In this document: positions 26,774 to 36,999 of the stretch, one piece after another
Numbering within the stretch: position 1 is the first letter of the stretch
Layout of the letters: each line of letters opens with the position of its first letter
IMG/VR virus record: IMGVR_UViG_3300045988_174937
From: a virus
Direction: 5' to 3' (one strand)
DNA length: 64,000 bases
Program-made: the position numbers and the translations under genes
Notes under the pieces: model-generated
What the model saw: the letters and a program-made list of their open reading frames with translations, nothing else
Told to the model about the DNA's origin: nothing
Databases searched by the model: none

Positions 26774-27907
26774 ATGTCGAAAATTTCAAGCGTTTTGAAT
26801 AAACTTACGGCCCAGTTTAACTCCGAAGACGTTATCACGTTCAAGAAGAAAGACGGTTTTTCGGAGATTAAATCGTGGGCCTATACCGGTAGTCCCGAAC
26901 TGGACTGGAACCTGCGCACGTTCGGTTTACCGACGGGTATCATCGAGATTGCGGGTCGCAGCCGCAGTGGTAAGACTACCGAGGGTCTGGAGGCCATGAA
27001 ATACTTTCTGGCCGAGAATCCCGATACCGGGTTGGCGTGTATCCTTTCGTCGGAAAACCGCGACAACAAGGACTACGCCATCCAGCTGGGCGTGGACATT
27101 TCTCGCGTGGCTATCATCAAAATTCACTACGTCGAGCAGATGTTCGTGCGCGTTAGTAAGTTCGTAAAGGACGCTCACGCGCTGTTCGCCGAGGCGGGTA
27201 TCAAAGAAAAGCCGCGATTCTTCTTCCTTTGGGATTCACTTGGTGCTACGCTTTCCAAGGCCGAGTATGACGCCCTCCGCGCTAACGTCGATAACATGAA
27301 TAAAGCCGCATCAAAAGGCGAAGAACTCGAAAAGTTACAAGAGCCCAAGATGATGGCGTTTGCTAAATCGGCCAAGATGTTCGCCAAGGGCCTGGTCGGG
27401 CTTTGCTACACCAACGTGATCCATTTCGTGATGCTCAACCACCAGTACGAACAAAACGTTATGGGTGTTACGTCGCGCAAAAGTACTGGTGGAGAATGGG
27501 TGGAGTTACTCCCCTGCCTACGTCTTCAAATGCGTGTGACAGAAATGAAGAAGATCGACGACGTGGAGGTGGCTCAAATTTCAGAGGTTAAGGTTATCAA
27601 GAACGACTTCGGTTCGCGCCAAAAGACGTACATCCGCATTCTGCTTGGGTACGGCATTATCCTTTCCGAGGAAGACATCGAGTACGGCGTTGAACGTGGT
27701 ATTATCCAGAAGCCGTCCAAAACCGTGTACTCGGCCTTGAATGGTAAACTGCGTTGGAAATCGGACCGCGAACTCTACCAGCTGTACTATGACCAGAACC
27801 CGTTAATTTCGGCACTGGAAAAAGTGATTGCTGCTAATCGCCATAAGGACCTCCGTGAGTGGCGAAGCAAGATGGCGGAGGAGGCAGAAGTCGTTTCCGA
27901 CAATTAG
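26774..27907 (+). CDS. RecA/UvsX-like recombinase ATPase
   Basis: LDWNLRTFGLPTGIIEIAGRSRSGKTTEGLEAM (RecA-type Walker A context) and FFFLWDSLGAT. Confidence 0.65.
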   Translation: MSKISSVLNKLTAQFNSEDVITFKKKDGFSEIKSWAYTGSPELDWNLRTFGLPTGIIEIAGRSRSGKTTEGLEAMKYFLAENPDTGLACILSSENRDNKDYAIQLGVDISRVAIIKIHYVEQMFVRVSKFVKDAHALFAEAGIKEKPRFFFLWDSLGATLSKAEYDALRANVDNMNKAASKGEELEKLQEPKMMAFAKSAKMFAKGLVGLCYTNVIHFVMLNHQYEQNVMGVTSRKSTGGEWVELLPCLRLQMRVTEMKKIDDVEVAQISEVKVIKNDFGSRQKTYIRILLGYGIILSEEDIEYGVERGIIQKPSKTVYSALNGKLRWKSDRELYQLYYDQNPLISALEKVIAANRHKDLREWRSKMAEEAEVVSDN

Positions 27908-27936
27908 CCAACGTTTATCTTGGTAAACTTTACAAA

Positions 27937-28995
27937 ATGAAACGGAAATCGAACAAAAGTCCCGTGGCCATCTTAGGTTTCGACCCTCACTTGTCGAAAG
28001 ACAACGTGACGGTGGTACGGGATTTATTCAACCAGACGTTTGCGCTGGCTGAAGAAATAGGTTGTAAGATTGTGATTCTGGGCGGTGACGTATTCACGTC
28101 CCGCTCGGCACAACCTTTGGAAGTCCTCGACGCTTGGCGTGAAATTACCGAAGACGCTGAAGCGCGTGGACTGGAAATCGCGGTTATTCCCGGCAACCAC
28201 GATAAGACTGACCCGAACTCCGACCGCAGCTACCTCAGTGTGTGTCCGGGAGCAGCTACGGTTGTAAGCCAAGCGTCGGAGTTTGTGTGGAATGGGGTGT
28301 CGTTCGTGTTGATACCCTACTATGGCGACGCCAAGTGGTTAGAGGAGAAATTGGCCGTCGATAACGGTTTGGAACGTGAAACGTTTGACGGGCCGCGGTT
28401 CATGATAACACACGTGGCTGTGGAGGGCGTTCGTAATAACGACGGTACGCAGGTTGAAAGTGACATCCGCCCGGATATGTTCCGTAACTACGACGCGGTG
28501 TTCGTGGGTCACTACCACAACGCCTCGGACGTGGGCGAAAAGGTCCACTATCTGGGTTCGATGTGCCAGAACAACTTTGGCGAAACGCCCGACGACAAGG
28601 GTGTGACCATCGTGTATGACGACGGCACGTGGGAGCACCGCCCGTTACGCTTTCCGCGGTATGTCCGTGAAACTGTCTCAGCGACCGATACAGCGACTTT
28701 ACGTAATCTCATGGATAAGTACTCCGGTGAAGATTATGACCGCGTCAGAATCGTCGTAACGGGTTCTAAAGCCGATTGCGAAAAACTCAACGCCTCGGAG
28801 TTCTCGGCTGCGGGTATCGAAATCAAGTTTCAAGCCGATGAAACCGCCGCTGCTATGGCTACGGCGGCCGACCCTGAGAAGATTGTAACGTTCCGTAAAT
28901 CCACCATCGTTAAGAATTTCATGGAATTCTGCAAGGAACGCGACATACGTGGCGAGCGTATGAAGGAGGGCCTGGCGATGCTTAAAGAACTGTGA
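27937..28995 (+). CDS. Mre11/SbcD-like nuclease (gp47-like)
   Basis: ATG at 27937. Phosphoesterase motifs ILGFDPH, ILGGDVF, VIPGNHD, ITHVAVEG, FVGHYHN. Confidence 0.75.
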   Translation: MKRKSNKSPVAILGFDPHLSKDNVTVVRDLFNQTFALAEEIGCKIVILGGDVFTSRSAQPLEVLDAWREITEDAEARGLEIAVIPGNHDKTDPNSDRSYLSVCPGAATVVSQASEFVWNGVSFVLIPYYGDAKWLEEKLAVDNGLERETFDGPRFMITHVAVEGVRNNDGTQVESDIRPDMFRNYDAVFVGHYHNASDVGEKVHYLGSMCQNNFGETPDDKGVTIVYDDGTWEHRPLRFPRYVRETVSATDTATLRNLMDKYSGEDYDRVRIVVTGSKADCEKLNASEFSAAGIEIKFQADETAAAMATAADPEKIVTFRKSTIVKNFMEFCKERDIRGERMKEGLAMLKEL

Positions 28996-28996
28996 T

Positions 28997-30868
28997 ATGT
29001 GGTATCCTGTAAAAATAGAATTTGGCGGCTTGTTCGCATTTCGTGACCGGGCCGAGGTAGTATTCAAGCGTGGCGAATGTACGGTGATATTTGGCGATAA
29101 CCAGACCGACCGCGGTTCGCTGAATAACGGCTCCGGTAAATCGACGCTATTCGAAGCGATATCGCTGGCGCTTACGGGTGACTTGTTACCGCGTGATACG
29201 CCTATCACGCGCGATAAGGCCATCAACCGCTCCAGCGACGAAGCGTGGGTGACGATGCAGTTGGCTAACGACGTTCTTCACCAGACCATGGAGATTCGCC
29301 GTCGCTTTTATCGTAAGCGAAGCGCCAAGGCCACGCTCTTCGAAAACGACCGTGAGAACACTCAGCTGACGTCCGTGGCCGAGGTCGATAAGCGGGTATT
29401 AGAGTTGCTGGGGCTGAGCCGTGAGGACCTCCTCCGCTACTACATTATCAGTCAGGATCGTCAGTACAACTTTCTGACCGCACCCGATACTACCAAAAAG
29501 GAGATTCTGAACCGCATCACCAACGCCGATATGCTCCAGCCCGTTTTGGATGCTATCAAGGCCGACCACAAGGCCGCCGACGAGCGCGTGGCGGAATACG
29601 ATACTAAGGTACTCACGCTGAATACCAAAATCGAAACTCTTGAAGAAAACCTGAAGGAGTTGAAAGCCAATAACGCTTCAGCGGCCAATATCAAGGGGAT
29701 GTGTGACCTGCTTGGCGAATACATTAAGGACGCCGCCGCGCTCGGTGTTCAGGCCAAGGATATTCGTCGCGAATTCGAGGACGAAAAGGCTAAGCGCATG
29801 CAGTTCGAACAGCAGTTGGAAACCGCGCCGAACTTTACGGAAGATATCGCCGCGGCGGAGAATAATATCACCGCCATCAAGAACGAACGCAAGAAGAACC
29901 GCCGTGCTAAGGTTGATTTGGAGTTGGCGTTAGAGGGCGTTATCGAATGTCCTAAGTGCGGCGAACAGTTCCTCCCCAACAGCGAACTTAACCTTACCCC
30001 GGACCAGATTCGTAAGAATATCGCCCAGCGGGAACGCGCCGACGAACAGTTTGCGCTGGACGTCAAAAAGGCCGAAAAGACGCTCGAAGAACTCGAAGAA
30101 AAACAACGTGACTACGAGCAGGTGGCGACCGAACTGGCTCGTGTAAAGCGTAATATGAAGGATATTCGCGACCGGGCCGACAGGTTGAAACGCCAGATGG
30201 ATGAAATCGACCGTCGCCAGGAAGACCTGACTAAGCGTATCGAAGCGGCTAAACGGGCCGCCGCTGAGGATGCTTCGATTAAATCTACCGAGAGTAAGAT
30301 TAAAGCAGCCAAGGCTGAACTCAAGGCCGCTAAGGCCGAACTGGCCGACTTCCGGTATTTGGCCGAGTCGATGGCGTTCTGGGACTTCCACATGGGTAAG
30401 AACGGGTTCACTACGTATCTCGCTAACAAAGCAATTGACGCTTTGACAGGTAGCGCCAACCGATTCTTGGAGATAATGGACATGGATTTTCGCCTACATA
30501 TTACTCCGTTTCAAACGCTTAAGAATGGCGATGCGCGTGATAAAATGGAAGTCTTCATATCTTCGGATGGAATATCAACCAACGGTTACGCAACGTACTC
30601 TGGCGGCGAGCGGCAACGAGTAGGTATCGCGGCTCTTTTAGGGGTCCAGCGCTTGCTTAACATGAGTACCGACGGACGCGGCTTGGATATGTTGTTGTTA
30701 GATGAAAGTCTTAGCGGAGTTGATTCATTAGGAACTATGTCTATCGTGAAAACGATGAAACGGTTGAAGACTACTATTTGGCTAATCACTCAGAATATAG
30801 AAGACCCCTCTTTCTTTGATAGCGTTATTTGTGTTCGTAAAATAGACGGCGTTTCTACACTTGTCTAA
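28997..30868 (+). CDS. Rad50/SbcC-like ATPase (gp46-like)
   Basis: Walker A NNGSGKSTLFEAISLAL, long coiled coil with CPKC hook, signature YSGGERQRVGIA, Walker B MLLLDESLSGVD. Confidence 0.75.
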   Translation: MWYPVKIEFGGLFAFRDRAEVVFKRGECTVIFGDNQTDRGSLNNGSGKSTLFEAISLALTGDLLPRDTPITRDKAINRSSDEAWVTMQLANDVLHQTMEIRRRFYRKRSAKATLFENDRENTQLTSVAEVDKRVLELLGLSREDLLRYYIISQDRQYNFLTAPDTTKKEILNRITNADMLQPVLDAIKADHKAADERVAEYDTKVLTLNTKIETLEENLKELKANNASAANIKGMCDLLGEYIKDAAALGVQAKDIRREFEDEKAKRMQFEQQLETAPNFTEDIAAAENNITAIKNERKKNRRAKVDLELALEGVIECPKCGEQFLPNSELNLTPDQIRKNIAQRERADEQFALDVKKAEKTLEELEEKQRDYEQVATELARVKRNMKDIRDRADRLKRQMDEIDRRQEDLTKRIEAAKRAAAEDASIKSTESKIKAAKAELKAAKAELADFRYLAESMAFWDFHMGKNGFTTYLANKAIDALTGSANRFLEIMDMDFRLHITPFQTLKNGDARDKMEVFISSDGISTNGYATYSGGERQRVGIAALLGVQRLLNMSTDGRGLDMLLLDESLSGVDSLGTMSIVKTMKRLKTTIWLITQNIEDPSFFDSVICVRKIDGVSTLV

Positions 30869-30908
30869 TAAGTCTCCTAAACAATTATAACCGTATAAAA
30901 CTGGTAAC

Positions 30909-31760
30909 ATGTACGGTATAATTTACAAAACTACGAACCTCGTCAACGGCAAGATTTACATCGGCCAACACGTTTGCAAATCTGACGAGTTTGACGGGTA
31001 TTTGGGGAGCGGAAGGAATTTAATCTTCGCCGTTAGGCATTACGGTCCTGAGAACTTCAAGCGCGAAACACTCTGCGTATGCGATACCCAGCTACAACTC
31101 GACGCTTGGGAGATGCTTTACATCAAGAAATTCGATTCGACCAACAAGAAGGTTGGCTACAACATCCTCCCTGGTTCATCGAATATGTTTGGTCAAGTAA
31201 ACCCGGCTAAAATTCCTGAGGTTAAGTGTAAAATGTCAATCGCCGCTAAACGGAGGTTATCTTCTCCAGCAGCGCGAGAAGCAATAAGGATTCGGATGAC
31301 AGGAATTAAGCAATCAGAAGAGTCAAAAGCCAAGAAGTCCCAATCTCTTATCGGGAGAATTATCACTGCAGAACACCGCGAAAAGATATCGAAAGCGTTA
31401 AGAGGAAAGAAAAAGACTCAAGAGCACATAAACAAAGTTGCCGAGGCGTTGCGCGGTAAACATCACACCGAAGAATGGAAAAGAAGACATTCGGAAATTA
31501 TGTCAGGGCGTGTACGAGGCGCAATGTCGGATGATACTAAACGCAAAATTTCTGAAGCTAACAAGAAATATTATAGTAAACATAAAAATGTGGTGTCGGA
31601 ACGGATGAAGAAATACTATTCTACTCATCCTCATCCGCTAACCGGAACACAATTTGTATGGATTAATAATGGATTGAAAAATAAACGTTTACCAAAGGGA
31701 GTTGTAATTCCCGATGGGTGGTCCAAGGGTATGATTCGTAACAACGTTATTATCTTATAG
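30909..31760 (+). CDS. free-standing GIY-YIG homing endonuclease with NUMOD3-like repeats
   Basis: MYGIIYKTTNLVNGKIYIGQH...YLGSG...E. The C-terminus has repeats EHREKISKALRGKKKTQEHINKVAEALRGKHHTEEWKRRHSEIMSGR. The gene is A/T-rich. Confidence 0.8.
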   Translation: MYGIIYKTTNLVNGKIYIGQHVCKSDEFDGYLGSGRNLIFAVRHYGPENFKRETLCVCDTQLQLDAWEMLYIKKFDSTNKKVGYNILPGSSNMFGQVNPAKIPEVKCKMSIAAKRRLSSPAAREAIRIRMTGIKQSEESKAKKSQSLIGRIITAEHREKISKALRGKKKTQEHINKVAEALRGKHHTEEWKRRHSEIMSGRVRGAMSDDTKRKISEANKKYYSKHKNVVSERMKKYYSTHPHPLTGTQFVWINNGLKNKRLPKGVVIPDGWSKGMIRNNVIIL

Positions 31761-31779
31761 TTTCAAATAAGATATAACG

Positions 31780-32253
31780 ATGAAATCATCCGTAACAACC
31801 TACTACAAGGACCGATTGATAATCGGCATAGACCCCGGAGCCGCAGGCGGCATCGGAGTCTACTCCATCGACAAAGGTCGGTTGGTGGCGGCGGTAAAAA
31901 TGCCCGAAACACCAACTGACCTTTTGGCGTTCTTAAAACTCCATTCGCTGAACTCACGCTGTTTCCTGGAAAAGGTAGGTGGCATACCGGGTGACGCCGC
32001 TAACGCTATGTTCAATTTCGGCCGCGGTTACGGTCATTTGGAAATGGCGCTGTTGGCTTGTCGTATTCCTACCGAAACCGTTACTCCCCAGAAATGGCAG
32101 AAAGAATTCCAACTCGGCGTTCGTGGTAAGATGACCAAGACCGAGTGGAAGAACAAACTCAAAGCCAAGGCCCAACAGCTATTTCCGCAATTCAACGTAA
32201 CTTTGGCCACTTGCGACGCGATGCTGATTGCGTTGTACGGTAGCCGTCAATAA
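31780..32253 (+). CDS. RuvC-like Holliday junction resolvase
   Basis: IIGIDPGAAGGIGVY at the N-terminus and CDAMLIALYG at the C-terminus, the usual RuvC-fold acidic residue positions. Confidence 0.6.
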   Translation: MKSSVTTYYKDRLIIGIDPGAAGGIGVYSIDKGRLVAAVKMPETPTDLLAFLKLHSLNSRCFLEKVGGIPGDAANAMFNFGRGYGHLEMALLACRIPTETVTPQKWQKEFQLGVRGKMTKTEWKNKLKAKAQQLFPQFNVTLATCDAMLIALYGSRQ

Positions 32254-32261
32254 TCAGCCCT

Positions 32262-32591
32262 ATGGAATTCGTTTGTAAGAACCCCGAGTGCCCGCGCTAC
32301 GCCCAGCGCGACTACTATTCATCGGTAAGCGTGGTGATGCGCGATGGCGAGCCGTTCTGTAAGCAATCGCCGTGTCCGGCTTGCGGTAAGATACGTGAAG
32401 AAATCAAAAAGGAAACGCCCGCTGACCTCAAGGGCGTCTATTTCGGCCGTTTTAGAGCGATGTCCAAGGAGCAGAAACAGGAATCCCTAAAGCGGCGCTC
32501 TCACGAACACTTCAAGAAGCACATCGCTCAGGAACGCCGTGCCAAGTTAGCTGCCGTAAAGGCTGAAGGAAACGCGATGTTTAAGAAATAA
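32262..32591 (+). CDS. zinc-ribbon protein with basic tail
   Basis: CKNPECP...CPACG cysteine pairs and a Lys/Arg-rich C-terminus. Confidence 0.55.
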   Translation: MEFVCKNPECPRYAQRDYYSSVSVVMRDGEPFCKQSPCPACGKIREEIKKETPADLKGVYFGRFRAMSKEQKQESLKRRSHEHFKKHIAQERRAKLAAVKAEGNAMFKK

Positions 32592-32605
32592 CCACGTTGC
32601 GCCGT

Positions 32606-33244
32606 ATGCGAAAGTCTGTCGAACACCAGTTATTCAGCCAAACTTTTAAGTATCGTATTGGCTTTGTTAATCGTTGCATTGTCATAATTCGTTATTGTAA
32701 CGATGAACGACGCGCAGCGGCTTATCGTAATTTGTTGTTCCGGATGATGGGAGCTATTGTAACCAAGAATGTAACAAACTATCTTAGCTTATTGCATGGT
32801 TCCAATGCCCCTGATATTCCAACGCGTGACGAGGTTATTGCTGATTGTTATGCAATGTTTAACAAATGTTTAGAGAAATTTGTTATACTAAAAGGGGCCA
32901 ATTTCTACTTTTATTTCAATAAATCGATGTCCCGTAACTTCTACACTCTTTACAAGAAGAGTCTGAAGGACCGTCATGGTGACATTTCTGAAGCGTTGAA
33001 CTCCACACACCCAGACCTCCGTACGAGTACTTTGGCTGACGACACCGATATAACCTTTGCGACGTATGGTTTTAACGAAGTGGAGGTCCGAATTTCACGC
33101 TCGCGGTTACATGGCCAGCGAAAATCAGAGTTCTTAGCCGATAACCCGGATATTACACCAGCGATGTACGGCCGAGCGTTGGTGCATATTAAGCAACTTT
33201 TGGCCGATATTAGAAAACAATACGGATATGGAAAGGAAGATTGA
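32606..33244 (+). CDS. second putative sigma-like factor
   Basis: ATG at 32606. Region-2-like TRDEVIADCYAMFNKCLEKFV..ANFYFYFNKSMSRNFYTLYKK and region-4-like GFNEVEVRISRSRLHGQRKSEFLADNPDITPAMYGRALVHIKQLL. A/T-rich. Confidence 0.3.
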   Translation: MRKSVEHQLFSQTFKYRIGFVNRCIVIIRYCNDERRAAAYRNLLFRMMGAIVTKNVTNYLSLLHGSNAPDIPTRDEVIADCYAMFNKCLEKFVILKGANFYFYFNKSMSRNFYTLYKKSLKDRHGDISEALNSTHPDLRTSTLADDTDITFATYGFNEVEVRISRSRLHGQRKSEFLADNPDITPAMYGRALVHIKQLLADIRKQYGYGKED

Positions 33245-33551
33245 AATTATCACTACCATTTTGGAAAGCGGTTTTGCCGTTTTGGAGGTTTGGATGTACG
33301 GTAACGACCCGTTGGTGTTCTTGGTAAACAAGTTTACGCCATCGGTGGAATCCAACGTGGCGTCCATCGACTACTGCGAGGTGACGGGTTACGACATTAC
33401 AGCGTTTATACGCTTAGAGTCGGTAGAGATGCACCGAGGAAAGGCGGCCGTGCTGTCGAAACTCGAATCCATCGTACAGAACCAAAAGGCACTGAATTTC
33501 CAGTTTCACAAAAGCGTCAAATGGATTTACTGGACATCGACTCGTGGATAG
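33228..33551 (+). CDS. hypothetical protein
   Basis: 107-aa ORF with a 17-nt overlap onto the upstream gene. Confidence 0.55.
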   Translation: MERKIEIITTILESGFAVLEVWMYGNDPLVFLVNKFTPSVESNVASIDYCEVTGYDITAFIRLESVEMHRGKAAVLSKLESIVQNQKALNFQFHKSVKWIYWTSTRG

Positions 33552-33583
33552 TATCGGTAACAAAATTGTAAAACAAAATCGTC

Positions 33584-35119
33584 ATGGCTTTTCAGCCGTC
33601 GCCCTATCAACAGGCAATATATAACGAGGTAGCTACTACAAACCACAATATCAACGTCAACGCCGTGGCTGGTAGTGGTAAGACTACCACCCTACTCGGC
33701 TGCTTGGAACGCATCCCGCGTGGAAAATCCATCATTTTCATGGCCTTCAATACCTCCATCGTGAAGGAATTGCAGGCCCGTAACCGCCGCCCGAATGTCG
33801 ATATAATGACGTTACATTCTTACGGGTGGCGGTTGTTGTTACGTCGGTACGGCCGCACCGCCAAGATGAACCCGAATAAGTCCATAGCCAAATTGGAGGT
33901 TGTGTTGAAGCACCACGCCCACGACGAGCAGGTACAGGAACTGTTGTTAAGGCGCAAAAAGGGATATCTGATTTACTTAATTCCGAAGATAGTAGACCTT
34001 ATGCGGACGTCGCTTTGTCGTCCTGAAATCGGCGAAATTGAGGCATTGTGTGAGTATCACGATATCGACTGTGACCTGCTGGAAAAACAACTGGCGCTGG
34101 AAACGTTTGCCGAGGGGGCCGCCGACCATTCGCAGTTTGACTTTACCGATATGTTGTACGTCCCGGTGACGGATCCCAGTATTCGCTTCCGTAAGTATGA
34201 GGTGATAATGGTGGACGAGAGCCAGGACATGAGCCTCCTGCAGCACGAGTTGATAAAACGCGCACTGGACCGCCGTTCACGATTGATAACCGTTGGCGAC
34301 CCGCGTCAGGCCATATACGGTTTCGCCGGAGCGGACGCCAACAGTTACTCCCGGTTGGCCGAATTAAACGGTGAAAGCGTGGAAATGCCGTTGTCGGTGT
34401 GCTATCGCTGTGGACGACGTATCGTCGAAGAGGCTGAAAAGATTGTTCCCTACATACGCCCCTACGAACACGCTCATGAGGGAGAGGTCAGCGTCGGTTC
34501 TTTGAACGACATCGAAGACGGCGATTGGATAATATGCCGTAACCTGCGCCCCCTGGTGGAGGTTTACCTGTGGCTGTTGAAAAACAAGATTAAATCACGT
34601 GTCCGCGGTAAGGACATCGGTCGCAGTTTGGTGGATTTGGTAGACAAGACGGGAGCCCGTACTATCGACGAGTTGGAAAAGCTACTTTGGAAAGAAGCCG
34701 ATAAACTGGCCCAGAAACTGCGTGCTAAGGGTTGGAAGAACCCCGACGCGTCGCCGAAGATGGATGAACTCTTGGAGAAAATCGAAGTGTTACGCGCGTT
34801 GGCCGTTGAAGCCGATACGGTAGTAGAACTGCGTGAAATAATCGAGGGAATTTTTACCGACGACCTGGAGGGAATCCTGTTGATGACTATACATAAGTCC
34901 AAGGGTCTTGAAAACGACAACGTGTTCTTTCTGGCCCCGGAACTTATCCCGTCGCGTTTCGCTACACAGCCGTGGCAGTTAGAGCAAGAATCAAACCTGA
35001 AATATGTGGCCATTACACGCGCCAAGAATTCACTAATATACGTTCCCTTAAATCAAGCAAAATATGACACCAGCCAACCATTCAACGGAAGATATCCAAT
35101 CCAAGGTTCACGACGATGA
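33584..35119 (+). CDS. UvrD/PcrA/Rep-like superfamily 1 helicase
   Basis: VNAVAGSGKTTTLL, IMVDESQDMS, TVGDPRQAIYGFAGAD, LMTIHKSKGLE, KYVAITRAKNSL. Confidence 0.8.
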   Translation: MAFQPSPYQQAIYNEVATTNHNINVNAVAGSGKTTTLLGCLERIPRGKSIIFMAFNTSIVKELQARNRRPNVDIMTLHSYGWRLLLRRYGRTAKMNPNKSIAKLEVVLKHHAHDEQVQELLLRRKKGYLIYLIPKIVDLMRTSLCRPEIGEIEALCEYHDIDCDLLEKQLALETFAEGAADHSQFDFTDMLYVPVTDPSIRFRKYEVIMVDESQDMSLLQHELIKRALDRRSRLITVGDPRQAIYGFAGADANSYSRLAELNGESVEMPLSVCYRCGRRIVEEAEKIVPYIRPYEHAHEGEVSVGSLNDIEDGDWIICRNLRPLVEVYLWLLKNKIKSRVRGKDIGRSLVDLVDKTGARTIDELEKLLWKEADKLAQKLRAKGWKNPDASPKMDELLEKIEVLRALAVEADTVVELREIIEGIFTDDLEGILLMTIHKSKGLENDNVFFLAPELIPSRFATQPWQLEQESNLKYVAITRAKNSLIYVPLNQAKYDTSQPFNGRYPIQGSRR

Positions 35120-35268
35120 ACTCAATAAGGCCGAGGACCGTATTGAGGACCACGAAGAGGAAACCATCGAGCGTCATTTTCCCCGCCGTGCGCCACGCCA
35201 ACGGACACGAGTCCCATCGCCCAAAGAAATCGCCAACGTTTTTAAGAAATGAAAACTTTTTAACAACG

Positions 35269-35664
35269 ATGAAAAATTTATACTACCTTTTGAAACGTAA
35301 CGCCGATAGCGGAAAGCCCGTTTATCACCAATGGCTGCGGTCGGGATTGATAGGCCGCGGGCGTGGCTTTTCGGAATCGTCCGACCCGGACTTCGCGTTC
35401 CGCACCGAAGACCCTATCGAAATCCTGGTACACTACGAATACCTCCGCACGGAAATCCATTCGCCCTACGAGTGGGAGTTGGTGGCCTATATGATGGACG
35501 ACGCCCAGCGTTCGTGGGCGGACCAGAGTCCTGCGGCGGAATACAGAAACGTACTACCGCCAACTGAAAGCATCGAGGCTTGGAAACGCCGTATGGCCTA
35601 CGACCCAGCCCTGATGGAGGTTTACACCGCCAAACTGGATGAACTACGCAAAAACTACGTATAA
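35269..35664 (+). CDS. hypothetical protein
   Basis: ATG at 35269 inside ORF 35116..35664. The upstream part of that ORF reads like non-coding sequence. Confidence 0.5.
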   Translation: MKNLYYLLKRNADSGKPVYHQWLRSGLIGRGRGFSESSDPDFAFRTEDPIEILVHYEYLRTEIHSPYEWELVAYMMDDAQRSWADQSPAAEYRNVLPPTESIEAWKRRMAYDPALMEVYTAKLDELRKNYV

Positions 35665-36329
35665 TGAAAACTGTTGAAAACTACACGAATCGCGAGTGGT
35701 ATTACCGTGCTGGCTATAAGGTCGCGCGAATCTTCACTACGGGTTGTATGCCTGTTATGGAAGACACGACCGAGAGTTCCGAAATGATGGTCGTCGCCAG
35801 GAATTTCCCCGATTCCCCGAACTCGGTGCTGATTCCCCTGGAAAAGTTTCACGAGCGTTGTTTGTGTCCCGCGACGCTACTGCCGGGAGACCTCGTCGCC
35901 CGATTGAATCACGGCTCGATAGTGCAGATTTACAGGGTGGCTGAAGAGGAATCAGGAGCGGTTCTTTCTTCTGAGACGAAATATAATTTGGTGCCGTTGA
36001 ATTTCGGCGACCTTACACCAACGGGTGGCGAACCTGTCCCCAACGTGGATCCCGTCGTTACCAGCGAAAACGTCATCACGGTATCAGGCGAAACAAAGAC
36101 CATCATGGGTAGTTATTTCAAGTACATTACGGCTCGCCAGCTGGACACGCTCAAGTACGACGCCCTGCGTGAAAACGTTCGGCGAATTGCCGTTAAAATC
36201 AGCGGTTTCCTTAATAAGGACCGTTGGCGTGAGTACACCGCGGACCAGTTCGCTGCGCTGGAAGACATCGATGCGCTTATCAAATCGGCCACCAAAATAA
36301 TCAAAAAAGTAGATGGTGAAGAAGAGTAA
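35664..36329 (+). CDS. hypothetical protein
   Basis: 221-aa ORF with a TAATG overlap. Confidence 0.6.
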   Translation: MKTVENYTNREWYYRAGYKVARIFTTGCMPVMEDTTESSEMMVVARNFPDSPNSVLIPLEKFHERCLCPATLLPGDLVARLNHGSIVQIYRVAEEESGAVLSSETKYNLVPLNFGDLTPTGGEPVPNVDPVVTSENVITVSGETKTIMGSYFKYITARQLDTLKYDALRENVRRIAVKISGFLNKDRWREYTADQFAALEDIDALIKSATKIIKKVDGEEE

Positions 36330-36525
36330 GGCGCGGTTCTTCCGCGTGGGGAAGAGGTATCTGTTGCCTGTAGGTACGTCGTTTGTCGTGGTAAAGATAC
36401 GCCCCGAACAGAACACAATGAACGTTCAATTCATCGGTCCTGATTGCTCCACGTCGGGCGTCGAATCGGTTAATTTAGTAAACTACAAGAAAGCGCTCCA
36501 GCGAGGAGAAATTGAAGAAATCTAA
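36313..36525 (+). CDS. hypothetical small protein
   Basis: 70-aa ORF coupled to the upstream gene. Confidence 0.5.
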   Translation: MVKKSKARFFRVGKRYLLPVGTSFVVVKIRPEQNTMNVQFIGPDCSTSGVESVNLVNYKKALQRGEIEEI

Positions 36526-36531
36526 CTACCT

Positions 36532-36999
36532 ATGAAATTTACACCTGAAAATATTAATGAACTGCCAGACGACGGCGTATTTGTGTTCGGCTCTAATACC
36601 GACGGCGAACACTGCGGTGGCGCGGCCTACACGGCGATGAAACGTTTTGGCGCCGTCAACGGTCAAGCCGAGGGTCCCCAGGGCCGAAGCTACGCCATCC
36701 CGACGATGGAGTACGTCGAAATCAACGCCGAAGACGAATTCCCGGAATATAATAAAGCAAAGGTTCCGTCCAAGGTGCTTTTGGAGGCGTGTGACCGCTT
36801 CATCCTCTACACCAGCCAACACCCCGAATTGCGTTTCTACGTAACGAAGATTGGTTGCGGAATTGCTGGTTGGAGCGTGGATGAAGTCGCTAAAACGTTT
36901 GCCACGGCCTTGGCGTCGTTTCTGGTTCCACTGCCTGATAATATCGTTTGGCCGCGCGAGTTCTACGAAATACTGCAGAGCCATGGCTTGGTTGGTTAG
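36532..36999 (+). CDS. macrodomain-like protein (putative ADP-ribose binding/hydrolase)
   Basis: VFVFGSNTDGEHCGGAAYTAMKRFGA and TKIGCGIAGWSVDEVAKTF resemble the two glycine-rich macrodomain motifs (NAAN..GGGGV.GAI and P.I.TGI.G.P...A). Confidence 0.35.
   Translation: MKFTPENINELPDDGVFVFGSNTDGEHCGGAAYTAMKRFGAVNGQAEGPQGRSYAIPTMEYVEINAEDEFPEYNKAKVPSKVLLEACDRFILYTSQHPELRFYVTKIGCGIAGWSVDEVAKTFATALASFLVPLPDNIVWPREFYEILQSHGLVG

Noticed and set aside
35064-35252. 62-aa ORF overlapping the 3' end of the UvrD-like helicase gene
   Set aside because: It overlaps the helicase by 56 nt in another frame. It might be real from an internal start, because it fills the 35120-35268 gap, but I have no supporting signal. 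It is left unannotated.
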